A stretch of DNA of 64,000 bases from Candidatus Sumerlaeaceae bacterium (GTDB lineage Bacteria; Sumerlaeota; Sumerlaeia; Sumerlaeales; Sumerlaeaceae), in assembly GCA_049968255.1 (NCBI GenBank), contig JBMFRB010000003.1, positions 320,998 to 384,997 on the forward strand, read 5' to 3'. Shown here one piece after another: positions 1-10,348 of this stretch. Made by a program: the position numbers and the translations under genes. Numbering within the stretch: the stretch's first letter is position 1; each line of letters starts with the position of its first letter. The notes beneath the pieces are model-generated. The model made no database searches. It saw nothing but the letters and a program-made list of their open reading frames with translations, and had not been told where the DNA came from.

Positions 1-42
1 CTTGCAAATCGTGCCAGTTCTCTCCTCTCCTCATCGAGTTCG

Positions 43-80
43 AAAAAGAAAGGGAGCCTGCTGAACCAGCAGGCTCCCTT
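43..80 (-). terminator. Rho-independent terminator downstream of the GH13 gene
   Basis: Perfect 14-bp inverted repeat AAGGGAGCCTGCTG (50-63) / CAGCAGGCTCCCTT (67-80) with a 3-nt loop, followed on the minus strand by TCTTTTT. Confidence 0.8.
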
Positions 81-164
81 GTGCTCCGCGGCCAACTCAT
101 CTTGTGCGCAGCCCGCCGAGGCATCCTCCGGAGTTCGCCGAGCGGCGGCGCCGTATCTCCTCTC

Positions 165-2504
165 TTACTGCGACAGAACAATCACAGTGTAGGGCCCAAT
201 GCCAATATTGGCGTTATATGGCATGCCATCTTTGCCGCCAGAGTTTGCCGTGGTCGTGTAGGAATTCCAGTTGCTGAAATCGCTCGAATAGCCGTTCCAG
301 TCGCTATTGAACCGCACGTACCACGTACCGCCACGTGGCATGCCGATATTGTAGGATGTATAGCCCTTGTTGGCAAAATTAGCCACAACCACCACATCAT
401 CGCCAGCTCCACCCTGATCCCAGCGGTGGTAAGCGATCACCTTGTCGGTGTTGTTGATGTGGAACACATTGACGTTGTTGCCGCGCAGGCCCCGCGTGTT
501 GTTATACCAATTGCGGCGCAGCCGGATGAGGTCTTTATAAAGCTGCAAAATTCCCGAGTAGGTTGTGGTTTTGCTCCAATCGAGAGGATCGCCATCCGAG
601 AAATAGCCATCTTCGAGGAATTCCTGCCCCTGGAAGATCATGGGGATACCAGGCGCGGTAAAGAGGATGCCAGCCGCCAGCGTCGAGCGCTTTTTTGAAG
701 GCCAACTGCCTGCGTTGCCCGGCCAAATCTCCTCCGGCAGTCTGCTGTGGCCATTCGCATCTTCGTCATGGCTCTCGGTGTAAATCACGCGCTGGAGGTG
801 CCAACCGTTGTAGTAGTGAGTTATGGCATCGCGGACTGCATACATGTTCCGGTCGCTGTCGTTAGATTTGATCACTTCGGCCCGGATCGGATGCACGAAG
901 TTCGGATCCCATTGCGAATCGAAGCCAGCGCCACCGGCCGCCGTTGTCTTGGTCAGCCACTCATTGTTCTGCATGTCTTCGGCGATGGAGATTTTCCAGC
1001 TCGATGTGGAGTCAATCGTGTCGTTGATCCATTGCATGAGGCTCCAACCCTCCGGGATATCGCCGCCGGTCCCATTGTTGAGAGCCCGAATGTTACAGGT
1101 CGAATCCCAGCGCAGACCGTCCATTCTGTAGTCGTTGAGCCACATCATTGCGGCATCTTTTAGGAACGAGCGCACTTCGCCGCGTCCATAGTCCGGGCGC
1201 GACCATCCCCACGGCGTGACTTTGCGCCAGTCGCTGAAGAAGTAAATGCCACCATTGCCGTAGCTCTCGCCGTCGAAATTCCACAGCGGAATGCTCGATT
1301 CGTAGGGGCTCGATCCCATGTGATTGAACACAATGTCCATAATCACGCCCATGCCGCGTGCGTGGGCAGCATCCACCAGAGCTTTCAGGGCCTGGGGCGA
1401 GCCGTAAGCGCTCTCTGGCGCGAACTGGCTGTGCGGGTTGTACCCCCACGAGAAGTCACCAGGGAACTCCATGCACGGCATGAGTTCGATAAGATTCACG
1501 CCAAGGCTCTGCAAGTAATCCATTTTAGCAGTCACACTGGCGAAGTTTCCCGGCCCACCGCCAGGAGCGTCGTTGAACGTCCCCACGTGAAGCTCATAGA
1601 TCACCGTGTCGTTCCACGCTGGTGTCGCATAGCTATACGAACCCCACGAGTAGGCCGGATCCACGATGATCGAGTTCCCCGCGTCGTTGGTCATCTGGCG
1701 CGCCTGCGGATCCTGGCGCCAGAAGGTCCCGTAAGTCGGATGCGTGATCACGTACTTGTATTGGTCGCCGACGATGGCCCCATTGAAATCCACCGACCAC
1801 CAGCCGTTGCCTTCGCTGGCGAGTTGATTCCACGAAGAGTTCCAGCCGTTGAACGTGCCAGCCACAGCCACGGCGCTCGCGTTCGGGGCCCACACGCGGA
1901 AGGTGCAGCCACTCGTATAAGGAATCGCCCCCACGCCGCCACGCGTCGAAGCTACAGTGTCGCCCGTGATCGTCACGTCGTCGAGCGCCACGCCGTCGGA
2001 GCTCAGCGGATAATTGTCGTATTCCTGCCAGCGGATCACGCAGTTAGGGCCAAGGACCTTGCCCAGAGATGAAGCTGCGGACGAAAGATTGACGGTATAG
2101 AGCGAAAAGGACGAAGAAATAGCAGGAAATGACCAGATTTTGGAAAAGGTGGCTCCGCCATCGGTTGAGAGAAATAGCCCGTCGTTCGTATGGGCTTCAT
2201 CGCCCACGTTACGGAAACGGAACGTGAGAACCACGTTCGAGTAGGTGGCGAGGTTCATCCGGAGATCAAGGCGCGAGGTCGAATACACGCTATCGCCCAC
2301 AGAATCGTCGAGCGTGACCCCGTAACCCGACGAGCCATAGCGATAAGTTGTACTCGTTTGCACGCGCCACTGGTTCGTTCCTGATTTCGACCAGGCCGAA
2401 CCAAGTGTGCTAGAGTTGAATGAGTCGGTGAAGAGCGTTGCGGCAGAAGCAAGAAGGCTAAGAGCGCTCATGATGGCCGCTGCCGCGGTGGTTCGAAGGC
2501 GCAT
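165..2504 (-). CDS. Secreted GH13 alpha-amylase-family glycosidase (branching enzyme/TreZ-like) with CBM48 and an extra N-terminal beta-rich module
   Basis: Signal peptide (..SLLASA|AT), CBM48 motif FRVWAPNA, IYELHVGTF, WGYNP, catalytic regions GLRWDS, IAEDM and ESHDE; SD AGGAGG upstream on the minus strand. Confidence 0.88.
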   Translation of the reverse strand: MRLRTTAAAAIMSALSLLASAATLFTDSFNSSTLGSAWSKSGTNQWRVQTSTTYRYGSSGYGVTLDDSVGDSVYSTSRLDLRMNLATYSNVVLTFRFRNVGDEAHTNDGLFLSTDGGATFSKIWSFPAISSSFSLYTVNLSSAASSLGKVLGPNCVIRWQEYDNYPLSSDGVALDDVTITGDTVASTRGGVGAIPYTSGCTFRVWAPNASAVAVAGTFNGWNSSWNQLASEGNGWWSVDFNGAIVGDQYKYVITHPTYGTFWRQDPQARQMTNDAGNSIIVDPAYSWGSYSYATPAWNDTVIYELHVGTFNDAPGGGPGNFASVTAKMDYLQSLGVNLIELMPCMEFPGDFSWGYNPHSQFAPESAYGSPQALKALVDAAHARGMGVIMDIVFNHMGSSPYESSIPLWNFDGESYGNGGIYFFSDWRKVTPWGWSRPDYGRGEVRSFLKDAAMMWLNDYRMDGLRWDSTCNIRALNNGTGGDIPEGWSLMQWINDTIDSTSSWKISIAEDMQNNEWLTKTTAAGGAGFDSQWDPNFVHPIRAEVIKSNDSDRNMYAVRDAITHYYNGWHLQRVIYTESHDEDANGHSRLPEEIWPGNAGSWPSKKRSTLAAGILFTAPGIPMIFQGQEFLEDGYFSDGDPLDWSKTTTYSGILQLYKDLIRLRRNWYNNTRGLRGNNVNVFHINNTDKVIAYHRWDQGGAGDDVVVVANFANKGYTSYNIGMPRGGTWYVRFNSDWNGYSSDFSNWNSYTTTANSGGKDGMPYNANIGIGPYTVIVLSQ

Positions 2505-3101
2505 AGTTCCAAAGTCCTCCTAGAAGCTTTTTGTCGACCTGAAAGTCAACGGGGCGATTTGGGGGGGCCACCACCGCGCCGATGGCTTTCAAATCGGACG
2601 GTCTATTCAGAGACCATTGCGGGGTATTTAGAGCGATCCAAGCGCTTCGTCAATTGAAAAGTTATAAAAAAGAACGGTTCCGTCAACAGCGACTAAGTCA
2701 CAGATTTTTCAATCATTTGTGTTTCACTGCTGAACCTGAAGTTCAAAAAAGCGAAAAAAATCGTCGAAAATTCCTGAATCATTTTTGCAAAGTTTTCGTT
2801 TTCGCTTTTGCGTGAAAAGTCATGAGGCTCTTTGCTCGACAACATCGCACGCGTAGTGTCTCCTCCATCTCTTCTCCTCACTTTGATTCATCCAATTGGA
2901 TCGTTCTTACCAGGGTGTGCGCTTTCTCGCTCCGCGCAAGGGCGGTCCACCCGATCTCTTTTTGGGCCCCCTGCACGGAGTTCCCACGGCATGGATTCCA
3001 CGACTCTCGGCCGCAAAAGAAAGAAAACCATGGCGTCGACGACCCGCATGACTGCAGTGTATAAGCTTTCACAGCAAGTTCAACCGAGGGAAATAATTGC
3101 G

Positions 3102-5414
3102 ATGAGCGAGCCCCAGGACGTGAAAAGCTTTGCCGATCTTTCTCAGCAGCTTGCCTCTGCCATCGACAATGAGGATTGGATGGCCGTGGATAATTTATGG
3201 CTCGAGCTCTTGGTTGAACCCCCCACCGATGTTTCATTTTATGACAATGTGATCCGAGCGATGCGCCGAGCTAAGGCCCTCGAACGTGCTCACGAACTTC
3301 TGCTTTTAGCCCTCGATGAACTCGAAGCGCGCGAACAGTGGGAACCAACGCTCGGCATCCTCAAGCTGGGTGCCCGCTTTTGGCCCGACTCGAAAGCGCT
3401 ACGTCCCCACACGGCGCGCGCTCTCAAACGCGTGTATTCGCACATTCCCCAGCTCCCGGATATGATCGCAGCGTGCAAGGGCCTGCCTCTCGATCGCGTT
3501 TTTATGCGTTTCGAAGAGCTTTTGCGCATGCTTCCGGGCGAGGTTTATTCGCACCCATACTGGGGCAACGGTTACGTCGTCGAGCTAGACATTCCGAATG
3601 ATCGCGTTATGCTTGAGTTTCCTGAAGCCGAGGAGCAGCGGCGCCGCGAAGTAAAGCTCGATTTTCTTCTCAAGCACCTTCGCCACCGCCCACAAGGGAG
3701 TTTCACGGCGCGCTTGCTTCACGATCGCGACGCTCTGCGACAGTTCGCGTGGGATGCACCGGCGGAATTTGTCAAACTCGTCCTTGCGGATTTCGACGGC
3801 CGCTTGAAAGCGTCCGAACTCAAGGAACTTCTGCTGGAGTCCTTGTTCAGCGAAGCAGAGTGGTCGCGCTGGTGGAGCCAGGCGCGCACCGCCTTCGCTC
3901 TTGACTCGTGGATTGATTTTGACGCCGGGCGCGGTGGCCGCGCTGAGATTGCGCTGCGCAACCAGCCACGCACGTTTGAGGACGAAGTGCTCGAATCCTA
4001 CTTTGCATCTGCAGCCACCCTCGAGAACCGCGTTGAATTAGTCAAGCGGCTGGCTAAAACTTTGGCCAATGGCGCGCAGGTAGACGACGAAGCTGTGGAG
4101 AAAATCCTCAGCGATCTCACTGCGCGCCTGCGCAATGCCGCGCTTCCTCCCGCTGAGCGCCTCACAGCGCGTTACCTCGTCGAGATCCTTGCTGCTGAGC
4201 ACGACCGGGCAAAGGTTGTCTTGGCAGACCTTCCTGGCGAAGAAGAAATTCTCGTGGGTGTCAGCAACTACCTCGATTTGCGCGATTTCACTGACGTTGG
4301 TTTTGCTCAGCGCGCGCTGCGATGGCTTGTGGCTCGTGATGGAGAGGACGGCATCGAGCGCGCCGCCGCAAGCCTCCCCGAGGCGCCTCCCGCGCTGGCC
4401 CAGGCACTCTGGAGCGTCATCATGCCCGAGAAACATGCCGCGCCCGCCGTTCGTGCAATCCGAGCACTTTTCGAAAAAGCACTCGACAACCCAGAGACAT
4501 TTGTCTGGGCGGCACGTCATCTCACGGAACGTCGTTGGAGCTATCTTGATGACTTCATCCCCTTGGGAGCCCTCGTGTTTGACCTTCTCGACTGGCTCAA
4601 CGAATGGGAGGCTCTAGCGCAGAAACTCAGCACCCCGCGTGAAGTAGCGGAACGCGCCAAATGGCTGATCGGACGGGTGCGTTCGTTGATAAGCGCAGGG
4701 GACTATGCCGTGCTTGCCGTTGCTGTGCGCGACATGCCGCTCGAGCAGGTTCATGAGCTGCGTCGTGCGCTCCAACTGCACAATGTCTTCACAGACTCGG
4801 CGCGCGAAGCAGCTGACCGAGCCATTCGCCTTGTGCGGCGCGACCTCGATGAGCCAGCGGTCGCCGTTGCTTCCTCCACGGCAAATGCACCCGCTTCCAC
4901 TGCATTTCTGTGCACTGCAAGGGGACTAGCCCGAGCTGCAGCGGAACTGCACGAACTCAACACGGTGACAATCCCACAAAATGCCAAAGAGATCGAGAAG
5001 GCGCGCGCCGAGGGCGATCTTCGCGAAAACGCTGGGTACCACGGAGCACGCGAGCGCCATGCACATCTTCTGCGAAGAGCCCACTTTCTCCAGGATGGCA
5101 TTGCGCGTGCTCAGGTTGTGCGAAAGGACGACGTCAACACCGCCGAGGTCTCTTTCGGAACGCGTGTAATTCTCACGAATTTGGAGACCGGCTCCGACGA
5201 AATCTACACCCTATTGGGCCAGTGGGAGAGTGATCCAGAACGCGGCATTTTCGACCACAAGGCGCCCTTCCCTGCCCAACTTCTCGGCAAGAAGGTCGGG
5301 GACGAATTTGAGGCGCAAAGTCTTGACGGTCAGAGACGGCGCTTTCGCGTGAAGGCCATAGACAATGCGCTGGCCTCGGGAGAATGGGATGAAGCCTCGG
5401 TGCCCGTCGCGTGA
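3102..5414 (+). CDS. greA: Long-form transcription elongation factor GreA with large N-terminal extension
   Basis: C-terminal Gre domain IEKARAEGDLRENAGYH, VSFGTRV, YTLLGQWESDP, LLGKKVGD; ATG at 3102 preceded by GAGGGA. Confidence 0.85.
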   Translation: MSEPQDVKSFADLSQQLASAIDNEDWMAVDNLWLELLVEPPTDVSFYDNVIRAMRRAKALERAHELLLLALDELEAREQWEPTLGILKLGARFWPDSKALRPHTARALKRVYSHIPQLPDMIAACKGLPLDRVFMRFEELLRMLPGEVYSHPYWGNGYVVELDIPNDRVMLEFPEAEEQRRREVKLDFLLKHLRHRPQGSFTARLLHDRDALRQFAWDAPAEFVKLVLADFDGRLKASELKELLLESLFSEAEWSRWWSQARTAFALDSWIDFDAGRGGRAEIALRNQPRTFEDEVLESYFASAATLENRVELVKRLAKTLANGAQVDDEAVEKILSDLTARLRNAALPPAERLTARYLVEILAAEHDRAKVVLADLPGEEEILVGVSNYLDLRDFTDVGFAQRALRWLVARDGEDGIERAAASLPEAPPALAQALWSVIMPEKHAAPAVRAIRALFEKALDNPETFVWAARHLTERRWSYLDDFIPLGALVFDLLDWLNEWEALAQKLSTPREVAERAKWLIGRVRSLISAGDYAVLAVAVRDMPLEQVHELRRALQLHNVFTDSAREAADRAIRLVRRDLDEPAVAVASSTANAPASTAFLCTARGLARAAAELHELNTVTIPQNAKEIEKARAEGDLRENAGYHGARERHAHLLRRAHFLQDGIARAQVVRKDDVNTAEVSFGTRVILTNLETGSDEIYTLLGQWESDPERGIFDHKAPFPAQLLGKKVGDEFEAQSLDGQRRRFRVKAIDNALASGEWDEASVPVA

Positions 5415-5503
5415 GCCTAACAAGTTCCGCCAGTGCCTCGAAGCGACGATTCGACGGTTGGCCATCGACCCAGGCGAACAAAGCTACCCAGGGAACCTAC
5501 GCG

Positions 5504-7204
5504 ATGACTGAAAAAACCGAATCACAGAAGGATGCCGGGCTCGTTCCCGATTCGTTTTCGGCGTCACCGCCGCCAGATTCCCCAAAAGACAATACGCGCC
5601 CTGGCGACAGCAGCGACGCTTTGAAACGGATCCAAAAGGAACTTCAAGCCTCGGCAGCTCCACGGGGGGCGTTTCTCGGTAGCTCTGGACTGCGCCACCA
5701 ATTGTGGCGCGCTGCTCTTGTGGGAATAGGGGCTGGTATCACCGCCATTTTGTTCCAAAAAGGTCTCGAGGGCGCCGAATGGCTTCGTGAAGTGATGATC
5801 TCGGCGCATATCACACAAGGGTTGAGGGGCCATCTCCTCAGCATTGTTTACTGCGCGGGGTTAGTCTGGGTGGCCAAGTGGTTGACTTCGCGCTACTGCC
5901 CCCAAGTCGCAGGCAGTGGAATTCCTCATGTGAAAGCCGTGCTGGCAGGTTTCCAGCGCCTGCATTGGAGCCGCATTCTTCCAATAAAACTTCTCGGCGG
6001 CATATGTGCCATCGGTGGCGGCTTGTCGCTGGGCCGCGAGGGGCCCACTGTCCACATGGGCGCCAGTGTGGGGGCAGCGCTGGGATCAGCCTTGCGTTTG
6101 CCGCAACGTGCACAACGCACTCTCATCGCAGCCGGGGCCGGCGCAGGGCTGGCCGCCGCCTTCAATGCCCCGCTGGCCGGCTTTCTCTTTGTTCTAGAAG
6201 AACTCGAGAAGAGTTTCACGCCGGTGACCTATGCCACGGCGCTTGTGGCGAGCACGTGTGCGGACGTCGTGACACGGTTGGTGATTGGCGAGCGGCCCGC
6301 ATTCCGCATTGTCGGCTTTCCCGCTCCGCCCTTACAGGCCTTTCCCCTTGTGCTTACGCTCGGCATACTGGCTGGTCTTGTCGGCATTCTCTTTAGCAAG
6401 GCACTTCTTGCCAGTGTTCGAGCCGCGCGCATACCCTCGCGTTCGCGCACGCTGCTCGTGGGCATTCTTGCGGGTGTGGTGTCCTTATATCTTCCAGCTG
6501 TCGCGGGGGGAGGGCACTACACCGCAGAGATTGTTCTGAGAGGCACCTACCTTTATCAAGGCGGCCTTGTGATCATGTTAGCGCTCATGGTCGCAAAGTT
6601 CGGCATGACCATGATCAGCTACGCCTCAGGCGTGCCGGGTGGTATCTTTGCCCCCATGCTTGTCATCGGCGCTTTTCTCGGCCTTTCATTCGGAGCGGTT
6701 GCCTTACGTCTTCCTCCCGCTTGGTCAGTGGCCCCGCAAGCATTTGCTATTTTGGGGATGGCGGCTGTTTTAGCATCAGTCACAAGGGCGCCAGTGACCG
6801 GTGTCGTGCTCATTCTCGAAATGACGAACAATTACGAGCAGCTCTTTGCGCTTATGGTGGCCTGCGGTGCTGCTTACCTTGTGGCCAAAGCATTTCGAGT
6901 TCCACCAATTTACGACGCGCTACTTGAACTCGATCTAGAACGTCAGCTGCCTCAGCGAGCGATCGCTCCCAGCCCCACGATCTACGAGCTCATTATTGAG
7001 CGTGGAAGCTATCTCGAAGGACTCGAGGTCCAGGAGGTGCCACTTCCCCCTGGCTGCGCGATCGTAAGCCTCTTACGTGGCAATGCGGAAATTGTGCCGC
7101 CGCCAGCACTTCACATTCAGGCCGGCGATGTTCTCGTGGTCGTTGCCGAGTCGCGCGATCCACACGCGGGTTACTTACTGCAGCGCATGGCACGCGTCGA
7201 GTGA
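5504..7204 (+). CDS. clcA: ClC H+/Cl- antiporter with C-terminal TrkA-C (RCK_C) domain
   Basis: Signature motifs GSGIP, GREGP, FVLEE, GIFAP and PIY; multiple TM helices; start uncertain (5411 GTG alternative). Confidence 0.88.
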   Translation: MTEKTESQKDAGLVPDSFSASPPPDSPKDNTRPGDSSDALKRIQKELQASAAPRGAFLGSSGLRHQLWRAALVGIGAGITAILFQKGLEGAEWLREVMISAHITQGLRGHLLSIVYCAGLVWVAKWLTSRYCPQVAGSGIPHVKAVLAGFQRLHWSRILPIKLLGGICAIGGGLSLGREGPTVHMGASVGAALGSALRLPQRAQRTLIAAGAGAGLAAAFNAPLAGFLFVLEELEKSFTPVTYATALVASTCADVVTRLVIGERPAFRIVGFPAPPLQAFPLVLTLGILAGLVGILFSKALLASVRAARIPSRSRTLLVGILAGVVSLYLPAVAGGGHYTAEIVLRGTYLYQGGLVIMLALMVAKFGMTMISYASGVPGGIFAPMLVIGAFLGLSFGAVALRLPPAWSVAPQAFAILGMAAVLASVTRAPVTGVVLILEMTNNYEQLFALMVACGAAYLVAKAFRVPPIYDALLELDLERQLPQRAIAPSPTIYELIIERGSYLEGLEVQEVPLPPGCAIVSLLRGNAEIVPPPALHIQAGDVLVVVAESRDPHAGYLLQRMARVE

Positions 7205-7343
7205 GATCCCCCTCCGAGCATCCTTTCGTGCTTGCTTGCGTCAGCACTCATGGGCAAGGGATTGGCTGAAATGTGGACGAGCAGCGCACGAGTCCGAGCT
7301 CGTTGCTCCGTCGCCCCGACTTTTCCCACAAGGTGGAAGTCGC

Positions 7344-8726
7344 ATGAAAGTTGTCGTATTCGGATGCGGACCAATGCCGTGCGAGCCAGAATTTGCCGTT
7401 ACCGCCCCAGGGGCGCGCACCTGGCAAATGGTGCAAACGGTTGTCAACGGCCTCATCCTGGCCGATGTGCCTGACCCGCAAGTTCTGGTCATCGCGCTCG
7501 ATTCCGTGCGCCGCGACACAGCGAATGCCCCCCTTAGCTTTGACCTGGCTTTGGACGCCGCGTTGCTTCACGAAACCGAGGCGCCTGCCACGGTCCAGTT
7601 CACTTATCTGCCACTTTCCATTGAGGGATTCAAGCTGATGGGGCAAGGCAAATGGCCGGAAATTCTGAACGATACGCCGGATGCTATCGTGGCAACTGGC
7701 TCGGCTCAGCCCTATGCCACCGCTGCCCTTTACGCTCGACACGTTGCACGCCCGCTGTGGGTGGACGTCTTCGGCGACCCTCTTGCCGAGCTGCAAAGCC
7801 GCGCGGAGCTTTTTCCTGAGCGCAAGGAGGAAAATGACTCGTTTTATTATCACACCTGGAAGCTGCTCATGGAAGCGCTCATGCAGGGCGATATCTTCTC
7901 GACACTCAGCACGCGCCAGCGATTCTCGCTGATCGGCCATCTCGGCGTGGCGGGTCGGCTCAACCGCTCCACCCGATGCTACGAGTTCGTGCATCCCATC
8001 CCTTACGGCGTGTTTCCCGCCTCCGCTCCGCAAATGCCAGAGCCGCACGACCACGCCTTCTTTGTCGTTATGTGGTGCGGAAGTTTCAACACGTGGATGG
8101 ATGTTGACACATTGGCCCTCGGCATCGTCAAAGCTTGGCAGAAGAACCGGCGATTACGCCTGCTCATCGCAGGCGGAGCATGCCCCGGCTATAACGAGCG
8201 GTCGTTCCAGCGCTTTTCCGAACTTATCCGGCGCGAGAACGCCAGCGAGGCCATCCGTTTGGTCGATTGGCAGCCCTATGGTGAACTCAATAAGCTCTAT
8301 GCCGAAGCCGATGTGGGGCTGAGCATCGATCGCCCCACCTACGAAGCCATGCTTGGTAGCCGCACACGCCTTATTCACTTTCTGCTTGCCGGCAAGCCAG
8401 TTATTTCCACTACGCCGACCGAGCTTGCCGAAGACCTTGAGCGTGCCGGTGTTTTGCTGCCCTTCCGCATGGGCGATCCAGATCACCTGGCAGAGGTGCT
8501 CCTCGCTGCAGGCGAACGCAGCGCCGAGCTTTGCGAACTTGGCCGTCGTGGGCGAGAGTACGTCCTCACGCGCTACCATGGACGAATCATCGGTGCTGCG
8601 CTTATCGAGTGGCTTGCAAATCCCACTTATGCGCCCGACAAACGCGGGCCACACTCCACACTCGACCCAGGAAATCCCCTCGCGAATTATTGGCAGCATT
8701 CGCTCGATAACGTCCGAACTTTTTGA
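7344..8726 (+). CDS. Glycosyltransferase, GT-B fold (GT4-like)
   Basis: MKVVVFG start, WCGSFNTWMD, YAEADVG, FLLAGKPVIST typical of the GT4 C-terminal domain. Confidence 0.7.
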   Translation: MKVVVFGCGPMPCEPEFAVTAPGARTWQMVQTVVNGLILADVPDPQVLVIALDSVRRDTANAPLSFDLALDAALLHETEAPATVQFTYLPLSIEGFKLMGQGKWPEILNDTPDAIVATGSAQPYATAALYARHVARPLWVDVFGDPLAELQSRAELFPERKEENDSFYYHTWKLLMEALMQGDIFSTLSTRQRFSLIGHLGVAGRLNRSTRCYEFVHPIPYGVFPASAPQMPEPHDHAFFVVMWCGSFNTWMDVDTLALGIVKAWQKNRRLRLLIAGGACPGYNERSFQRFSELIRRENASEAIRLVDWQPYGELNKLYAEADVGLSIDRPTYEAMLGSRTRLIHFLLAGKPVISTTPTELAEDLERAGVLLPFRMGDPDHLAEVLLAAGERSAELCELGRRGREYVLTRYHGRIIGAALIEWLANPTYAPDKRGPHSTLDPGNPLANYWQHSLDNVRTF

Positions 8727-8810
8727 AAATTGCCGCAGAAAGAAAAAAGTGCTTCACAAGAGGCCATTCGCCGTAGCCAATGACCAGCTGTACGATATCG
8801 AGTCAGCGAG

Positions 8811-10307
8811 GTGACCATGACGTCGGCTGAACTTTTGGCAAAAATTGAAGCGCTTGTGAACGCTGAGCAAGACCGCGCCGTCGAGGCGCTGCGTGAGCTG
8901 TTGAGGTTCCGCACTGTGAGCGGCGAAAGCGAACCGCAGGCAAAGCAGCAGACCGAGCTGGAAATCCAGCGCTGCCTAGACTATTTAGGCAGACTCGCTG
9001 GCGAGATGGGATTTGTCTGGCGTAACCACGACAATAAGGTCGCGGTCGCCGAGCTTTCGTGTGACGGCGAGTTTGTTGGTCTGCCCGTGCACATCGATGT
9101 TGTGCCTGCTGGCGACGGCTGGACACACGATCCTTTCGGGGGCGAGCTTTTCGATGGCGTCATTTACGGTCGCGGCACGCAGGATGATAAGGGCCCCGTC
9201 ATCCAAATGCTCTGGGCCATGAAAATCCTCACGAAGCTCGGCGTCCCATTGCGGCGCGGCGTGCGCCTCATTGTCGGCACGACCGAGGAGTTCGGGGATT
9301 GGACCGACATGGCCCACTATTTCAGTCGCGAACCGATGCCGGCCATGTCCATCGTACCCGACGCAGATTTCCCGATCGTCAACGGCGAAAAAGGCGTGCT
9401 CAATGCCGAGGTGCGCCTCAGCCTTCCGCTCGAAGAAGTGACCGAAGCGGGCGAGCTCAGGCTTGTCCGCGTGGAAGGCGGCCGACGTGCCAACATGGTG
9501 CCAGACTATGCCGAAGCCGTGTTTGCCAAAGGTCCCCAGGCTCCAGTGGATGAGCTCCGCGGCGAGCTGCAGCGCTTCCTGGCAACTGAGCCCAACGCTC
9601 GAGCCGAAATTGCGGACGAGGAAGGCGCCACGCATTTGCGCGTCATTTTCCGCGGGCGAAGTGCTCATGGCAGCCGCCCTGAACTGGGGCACAACGCCGT
9701 CCTTGATTTGCTGCACTTCCTCAGCCAAAGTGCCTTTGCTTCGGACGACGAAGCCGATGCTGCTCAGTTTATTTTCGGAGCTAGCAGCGATATCTACGGC
9801 AAGACGCTTGGCATCGATTCCGAGCATCCCTTTGTCGGGCGCACCACGGTCTCGCTTGGAATTTTTCGTTGGGATCAGGACGGCATTTATGCTGTTCTGA
9901 ACATTCGTCCCACGTTCGGCATGCCGGTGGCAAAAGTTTTGGAAAGCGTGAGTGCCACGGTCAATGAATTCGCCACGGAACTGGGCGTTGCCTGCCAAGT
10001 CAGTTCGTTGGCCCGCGAACCGTTCGATGCGATTTATGTGGACGAAGCGTCCGCCCCCGAGCTCATCGCTGCGCTGCGCGAATCTTACACCGTCGTGACT
10101 GGACGTCAATTCGAGTTCCGTTCGATGGGGGGAACGACCTACGCCAAAATTTTTCAGAGAGCAGTCAACTTTGGCCCGACAGATCCGGTCGATGAGCCCG
10201 AGATGGCGCACCAGCCCGATGAGCATGTGCGCGTCGATTGTCACGTACGCAACATCAAGCTTTATGCGTATGCGCTTGCGCGGCTGTGTGCGGTCGGGGC
10301 AGAATAA
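8811..10307 (+). CDS. M20 family metallo-dipeptidase (PepV/Sapep-like)
   Basis: HIDVVPAG, YGRGTQDDKGP, GTTEE, PDADFPIVNGEKG, SAHGS, GGTTYAK, AHQPDE. Confidence 0.88.
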   Translation: MTMTSAELLAKIEALVNAEQDRAVEALRELLRFRTVSGESEPQAKQQTELEIQRCLDYLGRLAGEMGFVWRNHDNKVAVAELSCDGEFVGLPVHIDVVPAGDGWTHDPFGGELFDGVIYGRGTQDDKGPVIQMLWAMKILTKLGVPLRRGVRLIVGTTEEFGDWTDMAHYFSREPMPAMSIVPDADFPIVNGEKGVLNAEVRLSLPLEEVTEAGELRLVRVEGGRRANMVPDYAEAVFAKGPQAPVDELRGELQRFLATEPNARAEIADEEGATHLRVIFRGRSAHGSRPELGHNAVLDLLHFLSQSAFASDDEADAAQFIFGASSDIYGKTLGIDSEHPFVGRTTVSLGIFRWDQDGIYAVLNIRPTFGMPVAKVLESVSATVNEFATELGVACQVSSLAREPFDAIYVDEASAPELIAALRESYTVVTGRQFEFRSMGGTTYAKIFQRAVNFGPTDPVDEPEMAHQPDEHVRVDCHVRNIKLYAYALARLCAVGAE

Positions 10308-10348
10308 GCTTAGCAAAATTCTGCCCGACGAAGAGGAAAACGAATCCC

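Noticed and set aside
2832-3101. N-terminal extension of the greA ORF in the supplied track (similar over-extensions for the GTs, lpxK, rpsL, ZnuC-like and pilin 5)
   Set aside because: Downstream starts have better SD or stop/start coupling; extensions look non-coding
8985-10316. 443-aa minus-strand ORF
   Set aside because: Antisense shadow of the M20 peptidase, expected in GC-rich DNA
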